A model generated the notes under the pieces. It was given only the letters and a program-made list of their open reading frames with translations, was not told where the DNA came from and ran no database searches. A stretch of 64,000 nucleotides of DNA from Candidatus Eiseniibacteriota bacterium (GTDB lineage: Bacteria; Eisenbacteria; RBG-16-71-46; SZUA-252): the NCBI GenBank assembly GCA_036505295.1, contig DASXTQ010000093.1, positions 5,900 to 69,899 on the forward strand, read 5' to 3'. This document shows, in pieces, positions 53,538-62,341 of the stretch; position 1 is the first letter of the stretch, and the number at the start of each line of letters is the position of its first letter. The translations under genes and the position numbers were made by a program.

Positions 53538-54617
53538 CTAGGCAGTGACGTGGACCCCGACCTTCTCGAGCATCTGTTCCAGCTCCTTCACGTCGGAGCT
53601 CCGTCCCAGGCTCTCGTCCAGCGAGATCTGCTTTCCGATGTACGCCTGGAACAACGCCTGGTTCATCGTCTGCATCCCGTGCTTCGTGCCGGCCTGCATG
53701 AGGCTGTAAATCTGATGCGTCTTCCGCTCGCGGATGACCGCGCGTACGGCCGGCGTGCAGATGAGGACCTCGGGAACCATCACCCGCCCGGGACCCTTCG
53801 CCTTGGGAATGAGCTGCTGCGTGACGACGCCTTCCAGCACGAACGCGAGCTGGGAGAGAACCTGCTGCTGCTGCGTGCTGGGGAACGCGTCCACGATCCG
53901 GTTGATCGACTCGTACGCTGAATTGGTGTGAAGGGTGGCCAGCACAAGGTGTCCGGTCTCGGCGATCGTGAGGGCGGCGGCCATCGTCTCGAGATCGCGC
54001 ATTTCCCCGATCAGGATCACGTCCGGATCCTGGCGCAGAACGTACTTGAGCGCGGTCACGAAGGTCGTGGTGTCCGAATTGATTTCGCGCTGGTGCACGA
54101 TGCATTTCTTGTGGTGGTGGACGTACTCGATCGGATCTTCGATGGTGATGATGTGGCCGGCGCGGGTCGTGTTGATGAGATCGATCATCGCCGCGAGCGT
54201 TGTTGACTTGCCGCTCCCGGTCGGCCCCGTCACCAGCACGAGGCCCTTCTGCTTGGTCGTGAAGTCGCGGATCACCTTCGAGAGGCCGAGCTGCTCGAAC
54301 GTGAGGATTTCGTACGGGATTTGGCGCACGGCCATCGAGGTGACGCCCCGTTGCAGGTAGACGTTGGCCCGGAAACGGCTCAGGCCGGGCACGCCGAACG
54401 AGAGATCCAGCTCGCGGGTCGTCTCAAACCGCTTTCGCTGCTCCTCGGTGAGGACGCTGTAGGCGAGCTGCTGCGTCAAGTTCGGCGTGAGCGCAGGATG
54501 CTGCATCGCCATGATGGAGCCGTCGACGCGCACCTGCGGCGGAACTCCCGCCGAGATATGCAAATCCGACGCCCTCAGCTTGATCATCTCGTCCAACAAC
54601 TCGCGCAGCGAAACCAT
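53538..54617 (-). CDS. pilT: Twitching motility retraction ATPase PilT
   Basis: 359-aa ORF with SDLHISAGVPPQVRVDG, Walker A GPTGSGKST, the AIRAVIRE-type AVRAVIRERK motif and an Asp box. Confidence 0.95.
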   Translation of the reverse strand: MVSLRELLDEMIKLRASDLHISAGVPPQVRVDGSIMAMQHPALTPNLTQQLAYSVLTEEQRKRFETTRELDLSFGVPGLSRFRANVYLQRGVTSMAVRQIPYEILTFEQLGLSKVIRDFTTKQKGLVLVTGPTGSGKSTTLAAMIDLINTTRAGHIITIEDPIEYVHHHKKCIVHQREINSDTTTFVTALKYVLRQDPDVILIGEMRDLETMAAALTIAETGHLVLATLHTNSAYESINRIVDAFPSTQQQQVLSQLAFVLEGVVTQQLIPKAKGPGRVMVPEVLICTPAVRAVIRERKTHQIYSLMQAGTKHGMQTMNQALFQAYIGKQISLDESLGRSSDVKELEQMLEKVGVHVTA

Positions 54618-54636
54618 GGGCTCCCTCCGTGGCGGC

Positions 54637-56334
54637 TCAGCGGTCGGCCGCGGTCTCCTTCAACACCTCTTCGGCCGTCGTAATCCCCTTCTTTAATTTG
54701 ATTAGCGCGTCGCTCCGAAGCGTCAGCATCCCGTCCGCCACGGCCGACTTCTTGATGTCGGAGGTGGAGGCCCGGTCGAGAATCTGATCGCGGATTCTCG
54801 GGGATACCGGAAACACCTCGTACACACCGCTGCGGCCCTTGTACCCGGTGTTGTTGCAATCCAGGCACCCTTTCCCTTCGAAGAAGCCGCCTTTGCGCAC
54901 GTCTTCCTCCGAGAGACCGAGCTCGCGGACGACTTCCGGATGCAGCTTGATCTCGGTCTTGCACGACTGGCAGACCTTGCGCAGGAGCCGCTGAGCGCAG
55001 ATGAGGTTGACCGATGAGGCTACGAGGAACGGCTCGATGCCCATGTCGATGATCCGGTTGATTGTGCTCGGCGCGTCGTTCGTGTGCAGGGTCGAGAGCA
55101 CGAGATGGCCGGTCAAGGCAGCCTTCGTCGCGATCGAAGCGGTATCCAGATCGCGGATTTCTCCGACCATGATGATGTTGGGGTCCTGCCGGAGGAACGC
55201 TTTGAGAGAGGCTGCGAACGTGAGCCCCACCTCCTCGTGGATCAGCACCTGATTGATGCCCTCCAGGTTGTATTCGACCGGGTCCTCCGCGGTCATGATG
55301 TTCGTCTCGGGGACGTTGATCTTCGAAAGCGCCGAGTAGAGCGTGGTCGTCTTTCCGCTCCCGGTCGGTCCCGTCACGAGCACCATTCCGTACGGCTGCG
55401 CGATGGCCCGTGAGAAATCGCCGAGCGCCTGCTCCTGGAATCCAAGCCTGTTGAGGTCGATGTTGAGGTTTCCCTTGTCCAAAATTCGCATCACGACCTT
55501 CTCGCCGAAGATCGTCGGAAGACTCGAGACGCGCAGGTCGATGGTGCGGCCGAGAAGCCGCAGCTTGATGCGTCCGTCCTGAGGCACACGCCGTTCCGCG
55601 ATGTCGAGCTCGGCCATGATCTTCAGACGGGAGATGATCGCCGCCTTCATTCGGAACGGAGGCGCCATCATCTCGTACAGGGTTCCGTCGATCCGGAACC
55701 GCACGCGGAGTGACCTCTCGTAGGGCTCAATGTGGATGTCGCTCGCCCCCTTGCGAACCGCGTCGGTGATGAGCGAGTTGACCAGCTTGACGACCGGGGC
55801 CTGCTCTGCTTCGCCGAGGAGCGTGACGTCGGGAGTGTCGTCCTCCGTGTCCTCGATAACCTCGATCTCGTCTTCCATCCCCCTCATCACGTTCTCGAAC
55901 GACGCCACCGAGTCGTACGCCTTGTCGATCGCTTTCTTGATCGCGGCTTCCGGGGCTACGACCGGCTGCACCTCGAATCCGGTGATGAATTTGATGTCAT
56001 CGATCGCGAAGATATTGCTCGGGTTGGCCATCGCCACCGTGAGGCGGCGGCCGCTCCGCGAGAGCGGCACGATCTGAAACTTGTTGGCTACGTCACCCGG
56101 GATGAGCTTGGCAACGCTTGGATCCGGAATGAAATTGGTGAGGTCGACACTGGGGACGGAGTACAGATCCGAAAGGAACTTGGCGAGGTTATCCTCCGTA
56201 ATGGCACCGATCTTGACGAGCGCCTGGGTAATGCTTCCGCCACCGGACTTGATCTGCTGCTGCGCCTTTTGCAACGCATCGGGCGGGATGAGCTTGGCTT
56301 CCAGCAGTTTGAGGCCGACGTTTTCCTGCTGCAC
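54637..56334 (-). CDS. pilB: Type IV pilus assembly ATPase PilB (GspE family)
   Basis: GSPII N-domain, Walker A GPTGSGKTTT and the tetracysteine CQSC...CLDC motif. I prefer the GTG at 56334 (565 aa, AGAGGA upstream) over the tracked longer ORF. Confidence 0.9.
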   Translation of the reverse strand: MQQENVGLKLLEAKLIPPDALQKAQQQIKSGGGSITQALVKIGAITEDNLAKFLSDLYSVPSVDLTNFIPDPSVAKLIPGDVANKFQIVPLSRSGRRLTVAMANPSNIFAIDDIKFITGFEVQPVVAPEAAIKKAIDKAYDSVASFENVMRGMEDEIEVIEDTEDDTPDVTLLGEAEQAPVVKLVNSLITDAVRKGASDIHIEPYERSLRVRFRIDGTLYEMMAPPFRMKAAIISRLKIMAELDIAERRVPQDGRIKLRLLGRTIDLRVSSLPTIFGEKVVMRILDKGNLNIDLNRLGFQEQALGDFSRAIAQPYGMVLVTGPTGSGKTTTLYSALSKINVPETNIMTAEDPVEYNLEGINQVLIHEEVGLTFAASLKAFLRQDPNIIMVGEIRDLDTASIATKAALTGHLVLSTLHTNDAPSTINRIIDMGIEPFLVASSVNLICAQRLLRKVCQSCKTEIKLHPEVVRELGLSEEDVRKGGFFEGKGCLDCNNTGYKGRSGVYEVFPVSPRIRDQILDRASTSDIKKSAVADGMLTLRSDALIKLKKGITTAEEVLKETAADR

Positions 56335-56413
56335 GGTTGGTCCTCTTCGGTTTTGTTTCGGTGGAGCTGGCGGGTCCCCGCGCGCACGGCACGGGGCGGG
56401 CGGGAAGGACTTC

Positions 56414-56429
56414 CGCAAGTCCGGTGCCA
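56414..56429 (-). promoter_or_regulatory. Sigma-54 promoter upstream of pilB (TGGCAC-CGGAC-TTGCG)
   Basis: The minus strand reads cTGGCACcggacTTGCGga, 79 nt upstream of the proposed pilB start. Confidence 0.7.
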
Positions 56430-56537
56430 GCAAGATGTGGCAGGGCGATTCGATTCCAGGCTGCGGAGAGAAAAGGAATTATGGGATTGGAGAGGGGTTC
56501 ATGGAATCACCGAGGCCGTGCGTGAGGCACGCCATGG

Positions 56538-56549
56538 TGCAAATTGCAT
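56538..56549. promoter_or_regulatory. Candidate enhancer (UAS) box TGCAAATTGCAT
   Basis: It lies 108 nt upstream of the pilB -24 element and 3 nt after the comEA stop. Confidence 0.4.
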
Positions 56550-56552
56550 CGC

Positions 56553-57026
56553 TCAAAATCTGTTCAGCGAGTCTCCTTCCGCCGGGGCGGGAAATACGAG
56601 GTAGGCGCGGATCCGATCGAGGATCTTGGGGCCGATCCCCGGGACGCGAAGGAGCGCTTCGGGCGCCGCAAAAGCGCCGCGGGATGTCCGCTCCGCGATG
56701 ATGCGCCCGGCGAGCGAGGGTCCGATGCCGGGGAGGCGTTCCAGCTCGCCCGTCGTCGCGCGGTTCGGGTCGATCCTCCCGACCGGGACCGCAGTCGACG
56801 GGCGGCGCACCGGCACAGGAGCTGTGCCGCCGCGTGCGGAATCCGGCCCCGGTGATTCGCCTGGAGCCACGGCGCCCTCCGAGAGGGAAGCTTCCCTGGA
56901 CACAAGCCCGCGGACGAGATCCGCGAAGCGCTCCTCATGGGTTCGCCGCCATTCGCGGAACGAACCTCCAATGAGCAGCGCGGCGACCACGAACGCAAGG
57001 CCGGCGCGCATCTCCCTCCCCCACAT
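56553..57026 (-). CDS. comEA: ComEA-family helix-hairpin-helix DNA-binding protein
   Basis: N-terminal TM helix, then IDPNRATTGELERLPGIGPSLAGRIIAER....LLRVPGIGPKILDRI (tandem HhH). Confidence 0.8.
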   Translation of the reverse strand: MWGREMRAGLAFVVAALLIGGSFREWRRTHEERFADLVRGLVSREASLSEGAVAPGESPGPDSARGGTAPVPVRRPSTAVPVGRIDPNRATTGELERLPGIGPSLAGRIIAERTSRGAFAAPEALLRVPGIGPKILDRIRAYLVFPAPAEGDSLNRF

Positions 57027-57042
57027 GCCCCATCCCCCGCGA

Positions 57043-59091
57043 TCAGTCCAAGAGGTTCCAGGTTACGCCGGCGTGAACCGCTCTCCCGGGAAGCCGCGCC
57101 CCGGAAGGCTCGGCCGGGTCCCAGATCGCGCTTCCGACGGTCCGGTCGAAGGCGTTCTCCACGCGCAGGAACGCCCCGGCCGAGCCGAAGTCGGCCGAAA
57201 GCGATCCATCCCAGGTCACTTGCCCGGGTTCGCGCGCGAGCCCGCGACGCGGGCCCCGCGCGTGGGACTCGAGGCCGAATCGAAGCGGCAGGTCCCCCTG
57301 GAAGAGAACGATGCGCACGTCGAAGGCGGCATCCAGGGCGCTCCGGGGAGGATATCCGCTCCGTGGCGAAAGGGAATCCGGACCGCCTCGGATCCAGCCC
57401 ACGCCGCGCGTACGGATCGGTCCCCCGCGAAACTCCCAGCCGCAGGCCGCGTGGGACAACCAGCCGGAACCACGCGGCCGGGCGGTCGACGAGACCGTGT
57501 AGGACCCGCCCACCGTATCCACGCTCACGTCCCATCCGAAGTCATCGGTCACACGCCGAAGCGTACCGGAGAGATCAAGCCTGAGCCCACGCGCGACCGC
57601 GATGCCGGCGGAGGCCAAAGCACCCGTGAGGCGCCGCGGTTTCAGTCCCGGATCCCCGGAGCGAAAGAGATCGCTCACGACAACGGTCGGATTCTGGGGA
57701 ATCGACAGGAACTGCCGGTGCTTCGCCGGCGTGAGCAGGTCCACCCAGGAGGGACGGTCGTGGGCGGATTCGAGGTCCAGCCTGCCTTGAAGGGCTCGGG
57801 TGGCGCCCCAGAGGGAGGCCCTCGCGTCCAGGAGTCCGGGTTGAGATTCGCGGACGTCGTACGCCGCATCCAGCCCGGCCCCGGCCCCTCGGCCGAGTGC
57901 CCAACGTGTCCCCAGGTGAAGGCGCGCTTCCTCTCTGCGCGGCTCGAATGCGGGAATGGAGTCGAGGCGATAGACGATCTTCCGCGACGCCGCCTCGACC
58001 GTCGCGATCCAGGTGAGCGTCGGATCGGGGCGCCACGCCATCGATCCCTCCGCCGCGATCGTGGGAAACTCCCATCGTTCGCGCGAGGCGGCGTCGGAGG
58101 CTAGGTTGCGGTCGGGAGAGAGAATCCAGGTCTCCTTGGCGTGCGAGAGCCGGAGCCGCCAGACGTCGCTCCATCGCTCTCCGTCGCGCGTCGCGCTCAG
58201 GACCACGTGCCTTTGATCCCATTCATTCTCCGCGCCGATCGAATCCTTGATCGAGCGCTCGTAGAGAAGACCTTCCACTTCGATCCGGTGCGCCAGGGCG
58301 CGCATGAGCTCCGCCCTGGCCTCGTATCGCGCCGACACGGTCTGGCTCAGGGGGCCGGACCCGCCCGCCTGATTCCGGCTGTAGGAAGCGTACGCGCGGC
58401 GGCGGAGGGCACTGGTCTGGAAGCGAGCGCCTGCAACCTGCGCATCGCCGTCCCCCCTCTGGTAGATGAGCGTCGTTTTCGAGGCGGGGGTTCGCACGGT
58501 GTCCGTGGCCGATCTCGCGAAGGCCGGCCCCGATGGATGCAGCCGGACGGCCGCGTCTCCGGGGCCGTGGAACGCCGGGCGCTCGATCGGGGACTCGATC
58601 GCATCGAGATCCAGCGCCTCCACGGCGTCCGCGCGCGGATCGCTCAACCCGAACGCGAGCCAGGGCGCGCCCCAACCGAGCGCATTCGATCCCAGGAGCG
58701 GCTCGTCGGTCGTATGCTCGGCTTCGTTCTCCCAGCCATTCAGACGGAGGCGGCCGCCGCCGTCCGGCGAGGCAAGCGAGCCCTCCGTCGGGCCAAATAG
58801 AGGTAGCGGAGCCAGGATCAAAGCGCGGCGCAAAGGGAGCACGTCCTCGAGCGATGCAACCCCCAGCTTTCGCTCGACGGTCATATCGACCGGGGCCACG
58901 ACCCTCATGGAAGGCGCGGTGATCGCGGGCGCGGGAGCCGGTGAGGAAGCGCGGATGGAATCGCGGGGGGCCGGCGGCCCGGCACGCGCGCTGTCGGCGA
59001 CGGCCTGCTGGGCGGCGCACGCGGAGGAATGCGTCGAGATCAGGACCCATGCGCCGAGGGCGAACAGAGGCAGAGCGCGCTCAGCCCGCAT
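57043..59091 (-). CDS. Putative outer-membrane beta-barrel protein (TonB-dependent-receptor-like plug region)
   Basis: From MRAERALPLFALGAWVLISTHSSACAAQQ (signal peptide). The rest has alternating beta-strand-like composition rich in R/D/S/G/W/Y. The family is not securely recognised. Confidence 0.45.
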   Translation of the reverse strand: MRAERALPLFALGAWVLISTHSSACAAQQAVADSARAGPPAPRDSIRASSPAPAPAITAPSMRVVAPVDMTVERKLGVASLEDVLPLRRALILAPLPLFGPTEGSLASPDGGGRLRLNGWENEAEHTTDEPLLGSNALGWGAPWLAFGLSDPRADAVEALDLDAIESPIERPAFHGPGDAAVRLHPSGPAFARSATDTVRTPASKTTLIYQRGDGDAQVAGARFQTSALRRRAYASYSRNQAGGSGPLSQTVSARYEARAELMRALAHRIEVEGLLYERSIKDSIGAENEWDQRHVVLSATRDGERWSDVWRLRLSHAKETWILSPDRNLASDAASRERWEFPTIAAEGSMAWRPDPTLTWIATVEAASRKIVYRLDSIPAFEPRREEARLHLGTRWALGRGAGAGLDAAYDVRESQPGLLDARASLWGATRALQGRLDLESAHDRPSWVDLLTPAKHRQFLSIPQNPTVVVSDLFRSGDPGLKPRRLTGALASAGIAVARGLRLDLSGTLRRVTDDFGWDVSVDTVGGSYTVSSTARPRGSGWLSHAACGWEFRGGPIRTRGVGWIRGGPDSLSPRSGYPPRSALDAAFDVRIVLFQGDLPLRFGLESHARGPRRGLAREPGQVTWDGSLSADFGSAGAFLRVENAFDRTVGSAIWDPAEPSGARLPGRAVHAGVTWNLLD

Positions 59092-59632
59092 GCCGCGCCG
59101 CCATGGGATGGCGCCTGAGCCACGGGATGGCAAAATTCCCCATGAGACCGAAGATCACGAGATTGGACGCGAGATGCTGCGCCGCGGGGAGAAGACCGAG
59201 CGCGATCGCTACGGAAAAGGAGCCGAAGGCGATTCCCTGCGCGAGATTCGTGAGCGTGTCGTAGAGCAAGGTCGCGAGGAGTCCGCACGCCAGCAGAACC
59301 GCGGAGCGCGCGCGAAACACGCCGGACGATTCCGGCGCGAGCAGGAGCCATGGGCGGGCGAGTCCGCCGATCGCCCCGACGAGCGCGCCGCCGAGCACCT
59401 GCGCCGCCAGAATCCACGGGTGAGGGGGACCGTACGGATTCGCCACGCTGAACACGAGGCGGGCGACGGCGCCGATCCAAAGGCCCCAGACCGGTCCCGC
59501 GAGGATACCGGATAGGAAAACCGCCACGGTGAAGAGCTCCACAAAGAATAGGTACGGGAACAAGAGCAGCTTCGCGTAGCCGCACGCGACCGAAAAAGCG
59601 ATGAGGGAGGAGCTCAGAACGATGGTCCGCAT
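59081..59632 (-). CDS. Hypothetical polytopic membrane protein (ECF S-component-like topology)
   Basis: 183-aa ORF with 5-6 hydrophobic helices. I recognise no motif. Confidence 0.45.
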   Translation of the reverse strand: MRTIVLSSSLIAFSVACGYAKLLLFPYLFFVELFTVAVFLSGILAGPVWGLWIGAVARLVFSVANPYGPPHPWILAAQVLGGALVGAIGGLARPWLLLAPESSGVFRARSAVLLACGLLATLLYDTLTNLAQGIAFGSFSVAIALGLLPAAQHLASNLVIFGLMGNFAIPWLRRHPMAARHAG

Positions 59633-59731
59633 CGGGAGGAGGCGGGGGAAACCGTACCAGATGAATCTTCGAGGCGCAACGGCGGTCCGGTCGGGCGTCC
59701 GCCCGGGCAGCCACGGACCCTGAGCCGGCCG

Positions 59732-60574
59732 CTACTTGCGCGAGCCGGCGGGGCGGCGGGACCTCAGGAGGTCATCGAGAGGCTTCAGGATTTCATCGGG
59801 GACGGCGACGCTCCCGATCGTGATCCCCGGAGTCCGCTCGCCGTGATAGTCCGAGCCGCCCGTCATGAGGAGGCCGTGAAGTTGGGCGAAGCCGCGATAA
59901 CGTTCCACCGCGGCGGCGTCGTGCTTCGAGTGCCAGACTTCGATTCCGTCCAGGCCGCGTCGGGCCCAGGCGGGAATCAGATGATCGCGGTTCAGAGTTC
60001 CGGGATGCGCCAGAATGGTGACGCCACCCGCGTCGCGCACGATCCCGGTCGCCTCTTCGAGAGTGACGCGCGGCTTCGGCACGTAGGCGGGAGCATGGTG
60101 CCCCAGAAAGCGCTGGAACGCCTCGTTGAACGACTCCACGTGGCCCGCGCGGAGCAAGGCCTCCGCGACGTGGGGGCGCCCGAGCGAGCCGCCGTGGGCG
60201 ATCGTCTCGATCTCCTCGAGCGAAATCCTGATGCCGAGGCCCTTCAAGCGCGAGAGGATCTTTCGCGCGCGTTCCCGACGGCCTTCTCGGTAGCGGGTGA
60301 CCGCCGCAGCGAGCGCGGGATCGTTCTCGTCGAATCCGTACGCGAGGAGGTGAACGTCCATCGCCTCTTCGGTAACGGATAGCTCGACGCCCGTGATCAG
60401 ACGGATGCCGCATTGCTTCGCGCAGGCACCCGCGGCGGGAAGCCCGTCGAGCGTGTCGTGATCGGTGAGCGAAAAGACTTCGACGCCGTTCGAGGCGACC
60501 GTCCTGGTCACGGCTTCCGGGGTGAAGGACCCGTCCGACGCGCTGGAGTGCATGTGGAGATCGATGCGCGACAC
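59732..60574 (-). CDS. PHP-domain metal-dependent phosphoesterase (TrpH/YciV-like)
   Basis: MSRIDLHMHSSASDGSFTPE...SLTDHDT...ILAHPG...GIEVWHS...GGSDYHG is the PHP His/Asp motif series. Confidence 0.85.
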   Translation of the reverse strand: MSRIDLHMHSSASDGSFTPEAVTRTVASNGVEVFSLTDHDTLDGLPAAGACAKQCGIRLITGVELSVTEEAMDVHLLAYGFDENDPALAAAVTRYREGRRERARKILSRLKGLGIRISLEEIETIAHGGSLGRPHVAEALLRAGHVESFNEAFQRFLGHHAPAYVPKPRVTLEEATGIVRDAGGVTILAHPGTLNRDHLIPAWARRGLDGIEVWHSKHDAAAVERYRGFAQLHGLLMTGGSDYHGERTPGITIGSVAVPDEILKPLDDLLRSRRPAGSRK

Positions 60575-60576
60575 GC

Positions 60577-62304
60577 TCAGGTCCGATCTTCCGCACGCGC
60601 AAGGCGTTGCTTCAATTCCTTCACCTTACTTGCGACCTTCAGGAAATCCACGTTCAGGAGGTAGACCTCTTCGAAATGCTGGAGCGCGCGGTCGAGATTC
60701 CCAAGCCGCTCGTTCGCCACGGCGAGATTGTATCGGATGCTGATCGTCTCCTCGGGGCCGTATCCCGGAAGCTCGAGGGCCCGGCTCAGCTCGCGGGCCG
60801 CCGAAGCCGGCTCGTTCTTCTCGAGGAAACAGAGAGCGATCATCTCCAGGCACTTGACCTCCATCGGGCTGCCCTTCGAGGCCACCTGGAACTCGCCGAT
60901 CGCCTCGTCGTACAGGCCCATTTCCATGTAGGCCATGCCGAGGTCGTAGTGGCTCTCATGGTCCTCCCCGGAGATGCGCTCGCTGACTCCCGCTTTGAAC
61001 TCGTCGATGATCTCCTCAAGATCGATGAGCGGGTCTCCGCTCGGGGCGGTCGCTTCCTCGTCACGCACCCGGACGCTCGAAGGCGGACGCTCATCCGGAA
61101 GCGAGTCCAGATCGACCGGGGCTCCGTCCGGCGGCCCGCCGTTCATGAGGGTCTCGAGACGCTGCACCCTGCCGCGAGCGCGGTCGTTCCTCGGATCGAG
61201 CTCGAGGCAGCGCAGAAATTCCGAGCGGGAGAGATCCCACTCTTCGTGCGCGAGGTAGACTTCGCCCAGCTCGAATCGAGCCCGCGCCTCCGCGGGGCCG
61301 TCCCCCGACTGCGCGGCGATGTCTACGAACCGGCGAAGCGCGGCCTCGTGGGTGGGCTCGATGCCCAGGAGGGCGGAAAGGAGCTCACGCGCGCGAACCA
61401 GATCCCCGCGGAGAAACGCGTGCTCGCTTGCCTTCCAGTATTCCTCGGTGGCCAGGTCCTTGTTGCCGGATTGGAGATATCCGCGCGCCAACTCCTCGTG
61501 GCTTTGAGGATCGGGCTCCGCCTCGCGCTCGGAGGGGGGTCCCTTGGACGCCTCGATCCGCTCCTCGGCGGGGGATTTCGGTTCGGCCGGCCTCGCGAGT
61601 TCGCGCTCGATGGCTCGCGACGAGGGCTCGATCGGTCCCCCCGGGGCGACGTGCGATCCCGGCTCGGCGGGTGGGGCCGACCCGGGAGGGTTCGGGAACG
61701 AGGTCAGCAGACTTGGAGCGAGGGTGGAGACCCGCTCGCGGATCGCTTCGGCCTCGTCAATGCGGCCGGTGAGCTTCGCGCGCTCGGCGCGCCGCAGGAG
61801 CTCGCGGCCGCCCCGCTCCGGCTGATCGGCGCGAAGCGCGATCTCGACATACTTCTCGGAGAGGTCGAAATTGTCGGCCGACAGCTTGAGCACCTCGTCG
61901 AGGACATCGAGCGCCGCGTCGTGATCCTGACGCCGGATCGAGCCTTCGGCGAACTCGAGATAGTGAATCTGTGCGTCGCCGTAGAGCCCTTCCTTTGCGT
62001 AGAGCTCGCCCAGCGTGCGGTGGATGGCGAGGTCTTCCTTGGAAATGCGGAGAATCTTTTTGCAGACGGCGATCGCGTTCTTGTAGAGCTCGGTCTTTGC
62101 GTATTCGTCGACCGCCTGGCGATAGCGGCGCACGGCCTCCTGCATCGAGCCGCGCTTCGCCAGGAGGTCGGCGACGACAATGAAGTCGTACGGGTCCTTG
62201 TCGCCCCCTTCGAAGAGCTTTTCGTATTCGGCGATGGCGGCGTGCACGTCCCCCTTTTGGACGAGCTGCTGCGCCTTCCGCTTGATCGCCGTGTTCCGGT
62301 CCAC
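60577..62304 (-). CDS. TPR-repeat protein
   Basis: 575-aa ORF. Multiple 34-aa TPR-like units sit at both ends (for example AIAEYEKLF and LGMAYMEMGLYDEAIGEFQ), with an acidic, P-rich centre. Confidence 0.7.
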   Translation of the reverse strand: MDRNTAIKRKAQQLVQKGDVHAAIAEYEKLFEGGDKDPYDFIVVADLLAKRGSMQEAVRRYRQAVDEYAKTELYKNAIAVCKKILRISKEDLAIHRTLGELYAKEGLYGDAQIHYLEFAEGSIRRQDHDAALDVLDEVLKLSADNFDLSEKYVEIALRADQPERGGRELLRRAERAKLTGRIDEAEAIRERVSTLAPSLLTSFPNPPGSAPPAEPGSHVAPGGPIEPSSRAIERELARPAEPKSPAEERIEASKGPPSEREAEPDPQSHEELARGYLQSGNKDLATEEYWKASEHAFLRGDLVRARELLSALLGIEPTHEAALRRFVDIAAQSGDGPAEARARFELGEVYLAHEEWDLSRSEFLRCLELDPRNDRARGRVQRLETLMNGGPPDGAPVDLDSLPDERPPSSVRVRDEEATAPSGDPLIDLEEIIDEFKAGVSERISGEDHESHYDLGMAYMEMGLYDEAIGEFQVASKGSPMEVKCLEMIALCFLEKNEPASAARELSRALELPGYGPEETISIRYNLAVANERLGNLDRALQHFEEVYLLNVDFLKVASKVKELKQRLARAEDRT

Positions 62305-62341
62305 GCTCAGCCCTCGTTCCCTGTCGCCGAGAAGGCGAGAC

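Noticed and set aside
56534-56549. TGGTGCAAATTGCAT read as a plus-strand sigma-54 promoter
   Set aside because: The GG-to-GC spacing is 10 nt instead of 12, and no plus-strand gene follows. I interpret it as an enhancer-type box for the minus-strand pilB promoter instead.
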